Assembly: GCA_028534125.1 (NCBI GenBank)
Contig: CM052828.1
Location: forward strand, 60,388,001-60,452,000
Direction: 5' to 3'
Length of the DNA stretch: 64,000 nt
Source: Lama glama
Lineage: Eukaryota
The notes under the pieces are model-generated. The model searched no databases. It was not told the DNA's origin and worked only from the letters and a program-made list of their open reading frames with translations. Below, piece by piece: positions 50,213-62,324 of this stretch. Each line of letters starts with the position of its first letter. Within the stretch, counting starts at the first letter, position 1. Both the position numbers and the translations under genes were made by a program.

Positions 50213-51298
50213 CTTGGAGCTGCATTCCTAGTTCCTGGCTCTCCAGACCAGGGGGTCCAGGGTTGTTAAATTCCCTTGTTCATGTGCTCCTGACACCTTA
50301 GAAACCTCTGTAGCCACTCATCAGGTTTAAGACGGCGCTTACATCCATGTGGCACCCGGCTAAGCAGCTGCGCTGGGCACGCGCCCGAGCATCGCACGCT
50401 GGGGCTGCAGAGCGGAGCCTCGCAGTTGACCACCAGTGTTCACGTGCCCTAACCAGAACACCCAGTCCCCATCAGCCCATCCAGACGCACCGCCTGCGTT
50501 CGTCAGGGCGGGGGGAAGCTCCCGTGACAAACGGCCCCAAGTCTCAGCACCCACACGAAGGGACTCCAGGCTCAGGCTGGATCCCGGGGCGGGGACATGG
50601 GTCCTCCCAGCACAGGCACGAGGCGCGTGGCGGAGGGGGTCCTCAGTGTGGGGTCACGTCACCAGGCCAGGAGAGGAGAGCAGCGCCGAGCACAGGCGTC
50701 ACGTACACACGTCCCCTCTGCTGCCCACAGTGGCCACGGCAAGTCGCGTGGCCATCCCCAACCGCAAGGGGGCGGCGAGCACACACCACGCAGATGCCCA
50801 GAAGGAGGAGAACCAGGATATCTGGAAACTTGGCTGACGATTGTCAGAAAAGTGATGACATCATTTTTAGTCCACACGTGTTCGTCCCCAGCCCCTTCAT
50901 CTTCCCCGAATTCTAAGGCAGGGATGCGCTGAGGAGGCGAGCGTCACAGCCGGGCGCCTCCCAGGGTCCTGTGTGGCCCGGGGGCTGTCCCTCACCGGTC
51001 GTCCCTCTGTCTGGTGCCCTCAGGGTTTTGTCGCCTGGTGGTGGGACTAGGGCGGAAAGACTGACCCTGGACACAGAAGACCCAGTTCTGGGGGGAAGGC
51101 GACACCCACTTGTCAACTGGACATGCGGGCCCTGCTTCCTCCTGGCTGTGCCAGCTAGCCTCCCTAACTTGGGGGAGCTCCGCCCCGTGCTCTCCGGGGA
51201 CCCCCATCCCACCTGCAGCAGCCCAAGTTTGGCCCCATCCTTGTCATCTGATGACACGTCCCCTGACGGTCACCAGCATCAGCGCTTTTTCCGCACAG

Positions 51299-51483
51299 GA
51301 AGCCACACAGGGCGCTCAGTGTGATGCAGAGGATGGCACGGGCTGGCTGAGGGAGGCCGGGACGCTGCGGACCCTGCCCCCGGGCCCCCGCCAGGTGCGC
51401 CGGCACAGCCCCGAGTTCCTGGAGTCACCTTCTAAAAACCAGCACACAGATCAGGATTTTACGCGGCACACCTGGAGAAGCAG
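51299..51483 (+). other. Candidate internal exon (185 nt) of an unidentified transcript
   Basis: Branch-like ccctgac at 51261, acceptor gctttttccgcacag|G, donor CAG|gtgcgg. One open frame (EATQGAQCDAEDG...), but no recognisable protein. Confidence 0.2.
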
Positions 51484-51619
51484 GTGCGGCTCCTGTCGGG
51501 TCACTCTACTCGCCGCGTAGACGGGCCGTCCGCGAACAGAGACGTCTGCGTCACTTCTGCCCGAGCCGTCCCCTGGGTGCTGTCATCTGGTCAGACTCAG
51601 GAATCTGAGGCCCTCTCTT

Positions 51620-52032
51620 GGAATAAAGGATTGTGTCAGCATTTCTGTCTGAATTCCTATTTTCAATGATTTTTAATGAAGCATCTTTTTAAAATGGATT
51701 CAGCTGTTGGAGCTATGCGGCCAAGAGAACAGATGAAATTGATTTTTACAAAACATATTTAGCAAATTGTTGAAAGTATTGGCTAAACAAAAAATCTCAT
51801 ACATGAAATGTTGAAGTGATCAAGATGTTGGACTTTACAATCATCTGCTTTCGCTAAACACTGCCTTTTTTCCCCACAAAGTTCAGTAAGGATTTTTAAC
51901 ATCATTTTACACATTATAAGTGCATTGCTCCGTGTTGTGAATATTACGTCACTGCACGTTCTAATTACCTGATTGCATTCATTTACGTTAAATTCGTGAT
52001 GAAACGTAATTTTGTGCTGGTTGAGTGACAGG
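51620..52032. promoter_or_regulatory. AT-rich non-repeat island, candidate CNE
   Basis: About 400 bp with ctaaacaaa (FOX-like), ttacgtca (CRE/bZIP-like), ctaattac and tgattgc. Ends in tgagtgacag, a PBX/PREP-like decamer at 52022. Confidence 0.45.
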
Positions 52033-54099
52033 CCTTGGAAACGCCGCGGTCGTGTTCCCTGCTGTGGTGTGTGAGGCTGAGGGCTGCCCAGACACGGGTG
52101 CCTGCAGCAGCAGTCAGACAGGCCCGGCCGAGAAGTCACAGGTGCTTCAACACACCAGCAGACAGCGAGGTGACGCGTCAAGAGGTAGCCCGTAACGAGG
52201 GAGGTGTTAGAACAAAAACCCCTGTTCCTGTGGCTTTGACCTTCTGGGGTCCTGGGCTATGCCTCGGAGTAGGAGACCGCTGTGTCTTCAAACTTGGGAA
52301 ATTTTGATCTGTGTTCCAGTGACAGCTGCGTTACGGGAAGTCGGCAGCAGAAACCCTGCCTATGTTCAGACCAAGGGCTTTAAGTCGCAAGCATCCTTTC
52401 TTCTCATGCAACATTTCATAGTCTTTTTCCAAATTCCATCTCATCTCTTCCCATCACCATAGCAACCCACCTCCTGTGCAAGCCTGGTGACGTTCTCAGA
52501 TCAGCTAGGAGGGGGGCGTCTTAGCCGTGAATTTGGCCTTGAATGACTAATTTTAGCTTCTTCTTGCGAACATCTAGCCTTGTGTGACCTTTCGGCAGCC
52601 ACGTATCTGCAGTAAAAGGCTTCTTGGTGGATCTTGGCTTCCCTGGACATCTTGACACTAAAGATTGGTTTGAGTCCTCCCCTGTGGGTAGCAGAGAAAG
52701 ATCAGGAAAAACCAAAACCACCTGCGTCTCATCTGTGACCTGCGAGGAGGGCAGGTTAGAGGCACGTCTAAGACAAGACAGGTGGGCCCGTCCCGCAGCC
52801 CAGGGCTGCCTGAGTTGGGGTCTGGGGGCGCCTCCCCGGGGCCTCCCGGAGCCCCTCTCCCCTGCGTAATTACTCACATGAAATAAAACTAAAGCCTTCC
52901 GCACCAAGAGGAGATGAATAAGGGTGTACCCGGGGCACACACACCTGAGCTGTGCATCAGGTTTACCTGGCAGACTTGTTAGCACACCGATGGCCAGGCT
53001 GCTCTGCCGGGTCCCAATGCAGTGGGTCTGGGGGTGCCAGGGCGTGCATGTCTAACAGGCCCCCGGCTAGGCTGCCTGCCATGCTGGCTGCGTGGTGTCT
53101 CCTCCCTCGGGGTCTTCTGGACACATCATCGTGGCCCCAGACAGAGCTCTGCCCGCCTGGGGATCAGCACAGCGACCCAGGGCTGAACTCCCCCTGGGCC
53201 GCGCCTCCCCCCACGGGGTGGGGTGTCCCCTTTAATTCTGGTGGCAGCTTCTCATTTAGGAAGAGCAGTGAGGCCATGACTTTGGGGAAGAGGAGGAAAA
53301 GGTGTCTCTTCAGACGCCAATTTATAAAGCAGCCGCCAGAGACCACGGGACAGGGGCCCCACTCAGTGGATCCAGCCCACGACGTGCTCACTCAGGGCAG
53401 GGACAGGAGGGACTCTCAGCGTCAAAGAGGACCCTTCCTCACGGACGCCCACGTGGAGACTTCCACGACCCACTCCAGGTCCAGGAACCGTCCTCCGTGG
53501 GGAAGAGTTACACCTGGGGGATAACATTCTTAAGCACAGCCTGCCCCGCGACTGTGTGGCAGCCCCTGGAGGAAGGGGACCATCGCTCTTCACTCTCACC
53601 TCGTCCCGAAGTGGGAGTCATCACTCTGCTCTTAGCTCGGGGAGGCAAGGTGCTCTCGCAGCCAGAGGCATCCCGCTGGGGTTCAGGATAAGCAGACCAG
53701 TAACCGTAAAAGTGCGCCACGTCTCTGGAGGCAGAGGGGCAGCGGGGGCAGGTGTGGCCCCTGCTGTGGAGTCGCAGGCACTGTTTTATGTTTTCTACAT
53801 TTTTGGAAAGAGGCAGAGAAAAGATTCCAAAAACTTACTTGGGAAGCAAGTGATTTCTGGTAATATTAGCAAAACCACAGAGAATTGCCGGTTCACCAAC
53901 ATCAGTGTCAGTGCCCGCTTCCACAGTGACTCCTGCGGCCGTGCTGGGCGACGTCCCTCGTGAGGGGACCCGGTCTGTGCGCATCGCCGCCTCCGTGGTC
54001 ACAGTTCTGTCGGCCGCCGTCCACTCCTGGGACCGTTCCCACCGCGGGGAGGGCGGGGGCCCCGGAGTGCTCACCTCCCGTCGGAACAGCTGCTGCTCA

Positions 54100-54265
54100 C
54101 GAGGACCTGCTGCGCAGCGCAGGGAGCCACTCAGCCTCTTGTAGTGACGCATAGCGGGAAGGACTCCGAAAAGAAATGTACCTGTGTCAGTGTGTGTGTG
54201 ACTGAATCACTCTGCTGTCCCCCTGAAACTAACGCCGTGAAGCAGCCGCACGTCAGTAACAAACT
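54100..54265 (+). mobile_element. Short LINE-1 3' UTR fragment
   Basis: gacctgctgcgcagcgcagggagcc...gactgaatcactctgctgtccccctgaaactaac. Confidence 0.8.
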
Positions 54266-55544
54266 GAAAGCACATGAGCTGCCGTCTGGGCCCCGGGCCG
54301 GTGGCAGCTCGGCCTCGTCCCTGGCGTCTCCGCTTTGGCCGTGCGTCAGGCAGGCACGTTCATGCGCTCATCCGTTCAGCACTTGGCGTGTATTGACCGA
54401 GCGCCGAGCAGGACTAGACGCTGCGGATTAAAACACCCGGTAAACCGGCCTTCAGGAGATGGGAGGCAAAGAGGGCTGGGCCAAGGTCGAGGTCACCTTC
54501 AGCCGGAGGCGCTGCCCTCTTGACCCGCAATGGCATCTCCTGGCTTGGCCGTCACCTCCGTCTGGCCGCTCGCCTGAACTTTAGTTCCACGTCCTGAGTC
54601 TTTCCTAGAAAATGTCCCGGACAGGCCTGGGCCCACTCTGATTCCGCACTCAGTTCCCCCCGCTGGTCGGGGGGTGCTGCCTCTGCTGGTCAGCACGGAG
54701 GACGAAGCCCCAGGGGTGCCCCGGGCCTCTGCGCGGCGGGCAGACGTGTCGCGTCAGCGTGGTTATCGTAAAGTCACCCATGAGGCCGTGGGCCGGGCAC
54801 CACGTCGGGGCTTCGGCGTGAGAACGGGCAGCGGGGCAGGGGCCCCGGGGAGGGAGGGTCCGTGGGTCTCCGGTGGACGAGCCCCCGGCAGAGAGCGGGG
54901 TGCCAGGGAATGTCGGCTGACATCCCCAAGGTCCCCTAGGAAGGGCTGTAACCGGGTAACTGAGCAAAATCTTCGACTTTTCCTAAGAAAACAAAGCTGT
55001 ATTTTTATTTACAGCAAAAAGTGAAACCAGACAGGCATAGAGAGCCACTGAGAAACGGCTGGGACAAGCTGGCCTCCTGGATGACGAGATTGGGGGGAGA
55101 TGGTCTGAAGCCCACCCTGCCCGGGCGCCTCCCTGGCCCCGGTCCCGTGGCCGCGTCCAGCTCTGGGCCTCCCCTCCGCTGCCTGGCCGCCCTCTCTGCC
55201 CCATGTCACCCTCCCCCGAACAGTCTGCAGTAAACGTGTGCCCTAAAACTCAGGTTCCATGGCCGTTGTTCCTTGCATTCGCTGGACATAGCTTTTCCCT
55301 CACCAGCCGTTCTGAAAGGACGTGAGTGGATCCTTCTGTATTTCTGTTCACGAAAAAAGAAAAATTAAAGCCACAAGGGGTTTATTTGTTTTTCTAGCCT
55401 CAAAGTGGCTCCACGTCTTTCAGAGAAAGTTTCTTTGTTTCTCCTTAGAGAACGATGTTAGTTTGGGGAGCACCTGGCCTTTGGCGGAAAATCCGGGCAA
55501 TCATTTTTTCTGTAAAATACATCACCTCTAAGGAAAGATGACCA

Positions 55545-55760
55545 TAATAACAGCGGGGACAGTAAGTCCCCAGGCAGGCAGCCCGCCTTACGCTGGGCAC
55601 CGTTCTGAGCACTGACTCCATCACGTGATCTTCACCACAACCCAAGGAAGGAGGTTCTGTGAACAGCCCACTTCACAGATGAGGAAATGGAGACTGCAGC
55701 AACTTCCCTGCGGTCACACAGGCTGAGGAGGTGACACTTCACGGCAGTGTCCGGCCAGCT
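55545..55760 (-). mobile_element. MIR SINE
   Basis: cccacttcacagatgaggaaatggagac...ggtcacacag is an antisense MIR core. Confidence 0.75.
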
Positions 55761-57199
55761 GAGCAACACACTCGCCTGTCTGTGAGGCTGACCCTGAATG
55801 TGCGTTCCTCCTGGAACGTTTGCATACACAGGAGGGGTTCTAGGGCCTGCGTGAGATCCAGACTCTCTCGTGAAGGAGGAACAGTGGCTGTGCCTGCAGT
55901 TTCTCCTCTCAGAGAACACTCCCGGCCCTTGGGCTCCCTGGTGGGTCAGGAGGGGAGAACGAGGCCCCAGGCCGTGGGGTCCCGTTAGCCCTCCCACCAC
56001 AGGGCCCACGGACACCTCGCTCCCCCGGGAGCTGTCAGGTGATCGCAGCTCCCGCATCACACGAAACCGTCTGAGATGAGATGCTGACACTGTAACAGCT
56101 GAGCAGGTGCAGGAGGGAGAAAAGGCACGGAGCTTTTTAAGAAGTCAGATGGCATTGTACGGCGAACAGAAGGCAGGCGGCTGGTTTCAAAGCCCAAATC
56201 AGATCCTTTTATTTGTGTAGAAGATATCAATTTGGAATGCACAATTTGAAACTGCTGGTTATGGAATTTGCCACCTTTGACTGTAGTGGGCTGTTCCAAG
56301 GCTGCACCGTCCGGGTCCCAGCCCAGGGTGACGAGCTCACGCTCAGGCCCTTTCCTCTGGAAGCGTCCCCTGGTGCCCCGAGAAGCGTGCTTTGTAGGAA
56401 ACGCTCTTTCTGCGCCTGCTCCTGGCGCGTGCACAACACTCTTGGGGGCTTTGCTTTTCTGGAACGTCCGTCTCCTTGCCACATGCTGCTGCTTAAGACC
56501 CAGAATGGATTTCACTTGTGTTCTCGCTTTCTTTCTTACTATTTCTGCTTAACTGAACTTCCACATAAACAAAATAGGGAAAATATCCCTAGGTTACAGC
56601 ATCTGTTCTCATCTCTTTTCCAATTTTAAGCCAGTCCCATAGACCTCGGCTGGTCCCCGGCGAGGCAGCTTCGAGCTGAGAGGAGAGAAATACCTTGCCG
56701 TCAGCGCCTCTAGGAGAAGGGTCCCCTCGCGGGGCAGCTGCCGGGCCAGCCCCTCCCCGGCCTCCACGCCCTCGCAGAGGACAGGCCTTCCTTCCGACGG
56801 CCCCAGAGAGCGCTCCCTGAGAGGTTCCTGACTAGCGGGAGGTGCGGAAGAGTCCAGCTTGGGGTGAGTGGCCTCGGCGTAAAGCAGAGGTCTAGTCCCT
56901 TCTGGCAGCCCCAGGTCGGTGCGTCAGCCCCGAGGCCATGGGCTCTGCTGGCTGCCCCTCTGCCATGACATCCTCTGAACTGGGAGGGACTGGCACGAGC
57001 AGGTGTCTGCACTGGCCGCCCACTCCCGCTACTCTGGTCAGTCCCACGCGCAGCGGGCAGCACCACCGGGACCACACCAGGCCCCAGAGTCAGGCTCAGG
57101 GAGAGGCCCTTCAGCCCAGAGTTTATTTTCATTTCCTTCTGTGCTGCCATTTTTTAATTGACAGGGGCACCGAAGTGGGAGGCTGTATCTTAGAAAGAA

Positions 57200-57256
57200 T
57201 CAGAGAAGGGAGCCGGGAAGGAAGGGAGCCGGGAAGGGAGGGAAGGGAAGGGAAAG
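57200..57256 (+). repeat. Polypurine GGAAG-rich simple repeat
   Basis: gaagggagccgggaaggaagggagccgggaagggagggaagggaagggaaag. Confidence 0.8.
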
Positions 57257-57719
57257 TTCTTCATTAATTATTTCTGTCATTGAACTAAATGAAGGAGAGT
57301 AAAGAAAAGCCACGTGGAATACGGCGTGAAAACTGAAGCACTGGCAGGTGCACTGCCACTTCCAGCATCACCTGTAACTTCTCTTACGGGCCCCAGGCCC
57401 ACGTGGTGAAGCCAGCTCTGAACACCAAGTTTTTTTCCTCTTCCACCTCTGTTTTTCCTCTGGGCACTTGTCCCTTGTACATAAGGATTTCTCTCTCTGA
57501 AGCAAATACCATCATGTTTTCTACACGCAGAGACTATGTGGATTGTAAGGTCCCTCAGATAAGTCAGAATTAAGTACTTTGGAGTGTTACTCCCCTGTGC
57601 ACGTGGCTGTTCCCTGCTGGCTCACGTCTTGGGATCAGCACTGTGGACATCACGCGAGCCTAATGCATGTGCCTTCGGCCTTTTTTCCTGTTTGTTTGTT
57701 ACCGTGTCTTATGTTTAAA

Positions 57720-58200
57720 ACAAAAATGGAATCGCATTCTTTATCCAGTTTCCCAACTTGATTTTTTGCTTAACGACAAATTGCAGCTGCCCTTCTGCGT
57801 CAACACAAGTAGATCCACTTTATTCTTTTCTTTTTAGTAGATGCACCATCCTTCCTTGTGTAAATGGTTTTGTTGTTGATTTTTCACCCAATCTGTTACT
57901 GTGGGCTGTGTCCGTTACTTCCAAGTTTGCTTGTTTGTTTTTGTAATAAGCCATTTCCAAGCTTTACAAGCAGCGCGGCAGTGAACCTTCTCCAAATGTA
58001 GCACACAACACTTTGAGGGGGCTGCGGTAGCGTAGACTCGCAGGAGTGACAATGAGGACCAGTGTGAATGGTGAAAATAAAGCGATTGCCAGGTTGTGCT
58101 GGCGTGTATCTGTGTGCCTATTCCCACCTTGGAACCTGTCATTGAAAGTGGCATTTTCATTTCTGCGATACTGGAAACGTGTCCAGGACCTCATCATACC
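57720..58200 (-). mobile_element. Degraded L1ME-type 3' region
   Basis: aaatggaatc...caacttgattttttgcttaac...gtcaacacaagtagatccactttattcttt...cagtgaacctt resembles antisense L1ME. Confidence 0.6.
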
Positions 58201-58759
58201 CACTGAGGTTCCCCTGGCTCCCACCCTGAGCACAGTGCCGCTGGCCATGGTCCTGTCCGCAGGGCTGCGCGTCAGGATCTCTGCGCTTCGTGGGAACGGG
58301 CACCTGCTCGGCCCTGACTCTCCTACAGACGCGTGAGGCAGGCTGGGCTCATCTTTTCTTGCTTTAAGGGGAGGAGAGGGGGCAGAAAGACGGTGAGAAC
58401 TAAATTCTCAGCGTTCCTTAATTCCACCAATTGCCTGTGCATTTCCCCGAGCTGTGTGCTCAGAGGATTTAACTGGGCATGCCGAGTCAGCAGGCTGGTG
58501 GGTGAGCAGGGCGTGCCCGATTAGGTCTGCTGATCTCCCGTACCTGAGAATCGCCGTCATTAGCTCCTGACCCGCCTTGAGGGGGCCAGGGAGGGCCTCT
58601 CTCTGTCATGGGCATCTGCTAGGCTGGCGGCTCCCAGGCCCAGGCCCCTGCGCAGGGCCGGGCAGGCACCTCTGGGAGCAGGCCCAGGAGCCCTGCAAGC
58701 CTGTGGGGCGCCTGCCCGCAGGGAGGACCTTGCTGTAGGAAGTGCTATAGCGTGTTTGC

Positions 58760-59045
58760 TAAGTGAGGAAGTCGGAGGAAAGCCCTTTTACAATTTACGG
58801 ATGCCAGACCTTACTGGTATTCATTTTTCAAGTGGATTGTCTTTGCCTTATTTTAACACTCCCAGTCATTTCAGTGCATATTTTACAAGTGTCTTAGGTT
58901 AAATGCACAGTAAAACTTGCATGAACCAGAATTACCTGCCTGAACAAACTGATTTTAAATGGGGGGAAGGATTGACTTTTTGTCAGGGGGATTGACTTTT
59001 GACAGTAAAGGATCGATAAAAACCAAATGAGATGACAGTGGGGAC
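58760..59045. promoter_or_regulatory. AT-rich island with a duplicated TALE-like motif
   Basis: GGATTGACTTTT at 58969 and 58989, each followed by TGTCAG or TGACAG. ATCGAT at ~59013. Confidence 0.4.
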
Positions 59046-59964
59046 TTACTCAGCACGTTTGTGGAGAGAGCAGTGCAGTGAAAGGCCACACTCAGTACCG
59101 ATCAGGGTCCCCTCCAGCCCGTCTAATTATTGATGCTTTGTGACACTTTGAGGTTGTGTCGTGGGTCCCTCCCTCCACAATTTCTTTTTCCTAGCGTGTT
59201 TCACAGGAGAGCTCTGCCAGCCGAGCACACAAGCACGAAACCCACAGCACCTGCTCCAGCAGGTGGGGTCTGGGACTCTGCATTTCCCACACGCTTCCAG
59301 GCCGCACTTGGAGGAGCGAGACTGTGAGGAAAAGCCTGGCCTCCACATCCATTGCAGACACCAGGCATTTCCTCTTCTGAAGTATAAAAGGAAATAAAGC
59401 AGTGGCTCCAAGTCAGCACCTTCTCCCTCCTACGGGTAAGCTGATGTACAGCACTTCATGATGAGAATGAACGTTCAGGACAGTGACTCACAGAATCGCA
59501 AAACCCAGAATCAGCAAAGATCAAATTGTGTATCGTTTTCTGTACTCACAAAAGCAGAAATAAACTCCCACACCTTTTACAAAGAATTCTAATAGTATTT
59601 CTCAAAAGTGAAATTCATATCTAACTATGTTAATCAGGCGAAACATCTAAAATCTACCCGAAATGGCCCATTTTCCGAGCGTTTCTGCTCATGAGGGTTT
59701 TCTGTCCGCGTGGGGCCTCCGCACCACGGGCCACGGGGAGCCGGCCCGTCTGGGAAGACACAGACACGCGTGTGGCAAAGCAGGGAGATTCACAGCAGCC
59801 TCCCAGGAAAGCAGTAATTTCTGTTCCCCTTTTCCTCTCTGCACACGCACTCGCACACGCACACGCTGTCAGTAATTTGTTGGCCTGCACAGGAAGTGCT
59901 CTGCACGGTTCTCATAGTTGCGAAGTCAGGTTCCTTAGCTTTTAGAGGACACCCCTCACGGCAT

Positions 59965-60110
59965 GGTTTAAATTTCAGTTTCCATGGTGTGTTTTTCAGG
60001 TGTACGAACTATGGATGTTTCTGTGTTACGCTTGTGCTGAACTCTTACTACTGTAGTGGTTTTTAGTTGATTTCTGTATGTACAGTGGTGTCTGTATTTT
60101 GTGGCATAAG
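59965..60110 (-). mobile_element. Degraded L1M ORF2 fragment
   Basis: ttaaatttcagtttcc...tgctgaactcttactactgtagtggtttttagttgattt resembles the antisense ORF2 RT region. Confidence 0.45.
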
Positions 60111-60301
60111 GCACTCACCTGGCCCTTCACATTTGCCCGCCCCTAGCCCTGCGGCAGGCGTCTCTAATGCTGTTACTTAGGAGAACTGGTAGACGGCCCC
60201 TCGGCACTTTCCCAGCTCTCCTCCCGTAACTTCGCCTTTTCCAGGCTGGAAGACGCCCCTGCTTCCGCCCTGTAGTTTCCCATCATTGCCTTTTCTTCTG
60301 G

Positions 60302-60545
60302 TGTCTGGACTCGTTTGCTAGGGCTGCTGTAAGAAGTTCTGTGGACTAGGTGAATTAAACAACAAAAATACAGTTCTTCACAGACCTGGGGGCTAGAAGC
60401 CCGAGATCAGGGTGTTGGCAGGATGGATTCCATTCTAAAGTCTTTCTCTTTAGCTTGTAGATGGCCGTCTTCTCCCTCTGTCCGCATGTGGTCCTCCTTC
60501 TGTGTGTATCTGTGCCCTAATCTCTCCTTATAGGACATCCATGGT
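60302..60545 (-). mobile_element. MLT1A-type LTR fragment
   Basis: tttgctagggctgctgtaag...ggctagaagcccgagatcagggtgttggcagg...gcttgtagatggccgtcttctccct. Confidence 0.85.
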
Positions 60546-61027
60546 GAATTAACTGTGAAAAATGGCATGAAATACAAACTCCCCTGCTAGCTCTTCCTTC
60601 GCAATGACAGGCTGGCATCGTGATCCGTGGCGAACCCAGGGTTTCCTTCCGGTCTGGCTTCTCTGCACCCCCACCCCTGTCACGCATGGACGGGAGGGGG
60701 GCAGCGGTGCCACTTCCTTGTCTCCCAGGGATAAAACCATGTGACATTTTCCAAAATGTAAACTTTGGAGGGGGGATCGGCCCACCGAGATGGGAGTGCA
60801 GCAAAGAAATCCGAAGTTGTAGTGGTGGAAGTGGAAGCGGAGCCGAGAGTGAGCAGGGCTTCAGGACAGAGCTGGCTGCGCAAGCACGGACGCTGCTGCC
60901 GCCTGGGAGACGTGAGACACGCAGCCGCAGGAACAGTGCGGGGACACAGCTCACCTGCACAAGTGGGGAAGGTGACGGACGGGATGAAGTTGTCGCAGAG
61001 GAAGCGATGCCAGCAAAACACTTCATG

Positions 61028-61455
61028 TTACAGCAACGTGGCGGGGCCTGGAGATGGTCGTGCCGGGTGAAGTGGGTCAGACAGAGAGAGACGCCACGTG
61101 ACATCACTTAGATGCGGAATCGACAAACGAGACACGTGTCTTTATTATGAAACAGAGTCTCACAGACACAGAAGACAAGCTTATGGATACCAGGGGAGGG
61201 GGAGAGGGGGAGGGAGGTATAAACTGGGAGGTCGGGATTTGCAGACACCAACTGCTACATGCAAAATAGATAAACAAGAAGGCCCTGCTGTACAGCACAG
61301 GGAACTACATCCAGTGGCTTGCAGTGACCTATACTGGGAAAGAACATGTCTACGTATAAGTAACTCAGTACATACATACGTGTAACTGAGTCACTTTGCT
61401 GTGCACCAGAAACCAACACAACACTGTAAGTCACTGTACTTCCGTGAAAAAAGGG
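61028..61455 (+). mobile_element. LINE-1 3' end with probable TSD, strongly GC-shifted
   Basis: Same family as 33398-33752, with a complete 3' tail. Probable TSD aaaacacttcatg at 61015-61027 and aaaaccttcacg at 61456-61467. Confidence 0.9.
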
Positions 61456-62224
61456 AAAACCTTCACGGTCAGGGAGCCCTCAGAGCCACCTCGTGGCATT
61501 GAGCACGCAAAGGATACAATGTTGGAAACAGACTTAGAAAAAGCATAAAGATCCTCCACGGCGTAGAAAACACGCTCACTTTGTGTCCAGAGTCAGACAG
61601 TGAGCAAGAGGCGAGCGCCCTTCAACCTGCTGGTGCGGGTTCCACAAAGAAGCAAAACCGCTTTGAATTCTCGATGTTTCTGTTGTTGTAGATCACAGCG
61701 TACCACATACATACTATTCAGCGTTAGAAGACTACTGCTGTGTTTCACTCCCTACGTGTGCGTAACTGACGGAGAGTTTTTAATCCTTTGACAAGAATTT
61801 TAAGGGCCGCTGAGCACGTGTGGTGCCCGGGTCGCCTCCGTGCCCCGCGGCCTGGGCACGCCAGGGCCGCCTGTGTGTTGCGGTGGAACTGCCCCGCAGC
61901 CAGTTTGCCCTCTGGCGCCCCGCGCCCCGCCCTCCGCGCCAGGGCCTGCCAAACCCCTGTGCCGCGGGGACTGAGCGGGTTCTGTAAGCAAACCCTCCCC
62001 GACCGAGTTTCAGGCCGGCCCTGCTTGAGGTTTTACTGTGACCGGTGGTACCAGAGAACACACACACGTGTGCACACACCAGGTCCAGCTCCTGCCGCCG
62101 CCGCCCGGCCAGGACGTCGTCCTCAATAAGGCCACCCTTGGTGTCCCTTCTTTATCTTTGTCACACTTGGCTCCCCCCCGTTGAGTGTGCCATTGTTCCT
62201 TGTCTGGAGCATGGAGACTCTGGA

Positions 62225-62315
62225 CCGTCGGCTCAACCGCTGGGCCTCAGTCTTCCCATCTGTAAAGTGGAGGTAATGACTCGTCCCTCTCGGGGCTGCT
62301 TTAGGATTAGAGGAG
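62225..62315 (+). mobile_element. MIR SINE core
   Basis: ctgggcctcagtcttcccatctgtaaagtggaggtaatga. Confidence 0.75.
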
Positions 62316-62324
62316 GCGGTGTGT

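Noticed and set aside
57720-58200. AT-rich stretch as a CNE (also 12780-13010, 21290-21850, 28744-28961, 59965-60110)
   Set aside because: Better explained as degraded L1 or hAT repeats.
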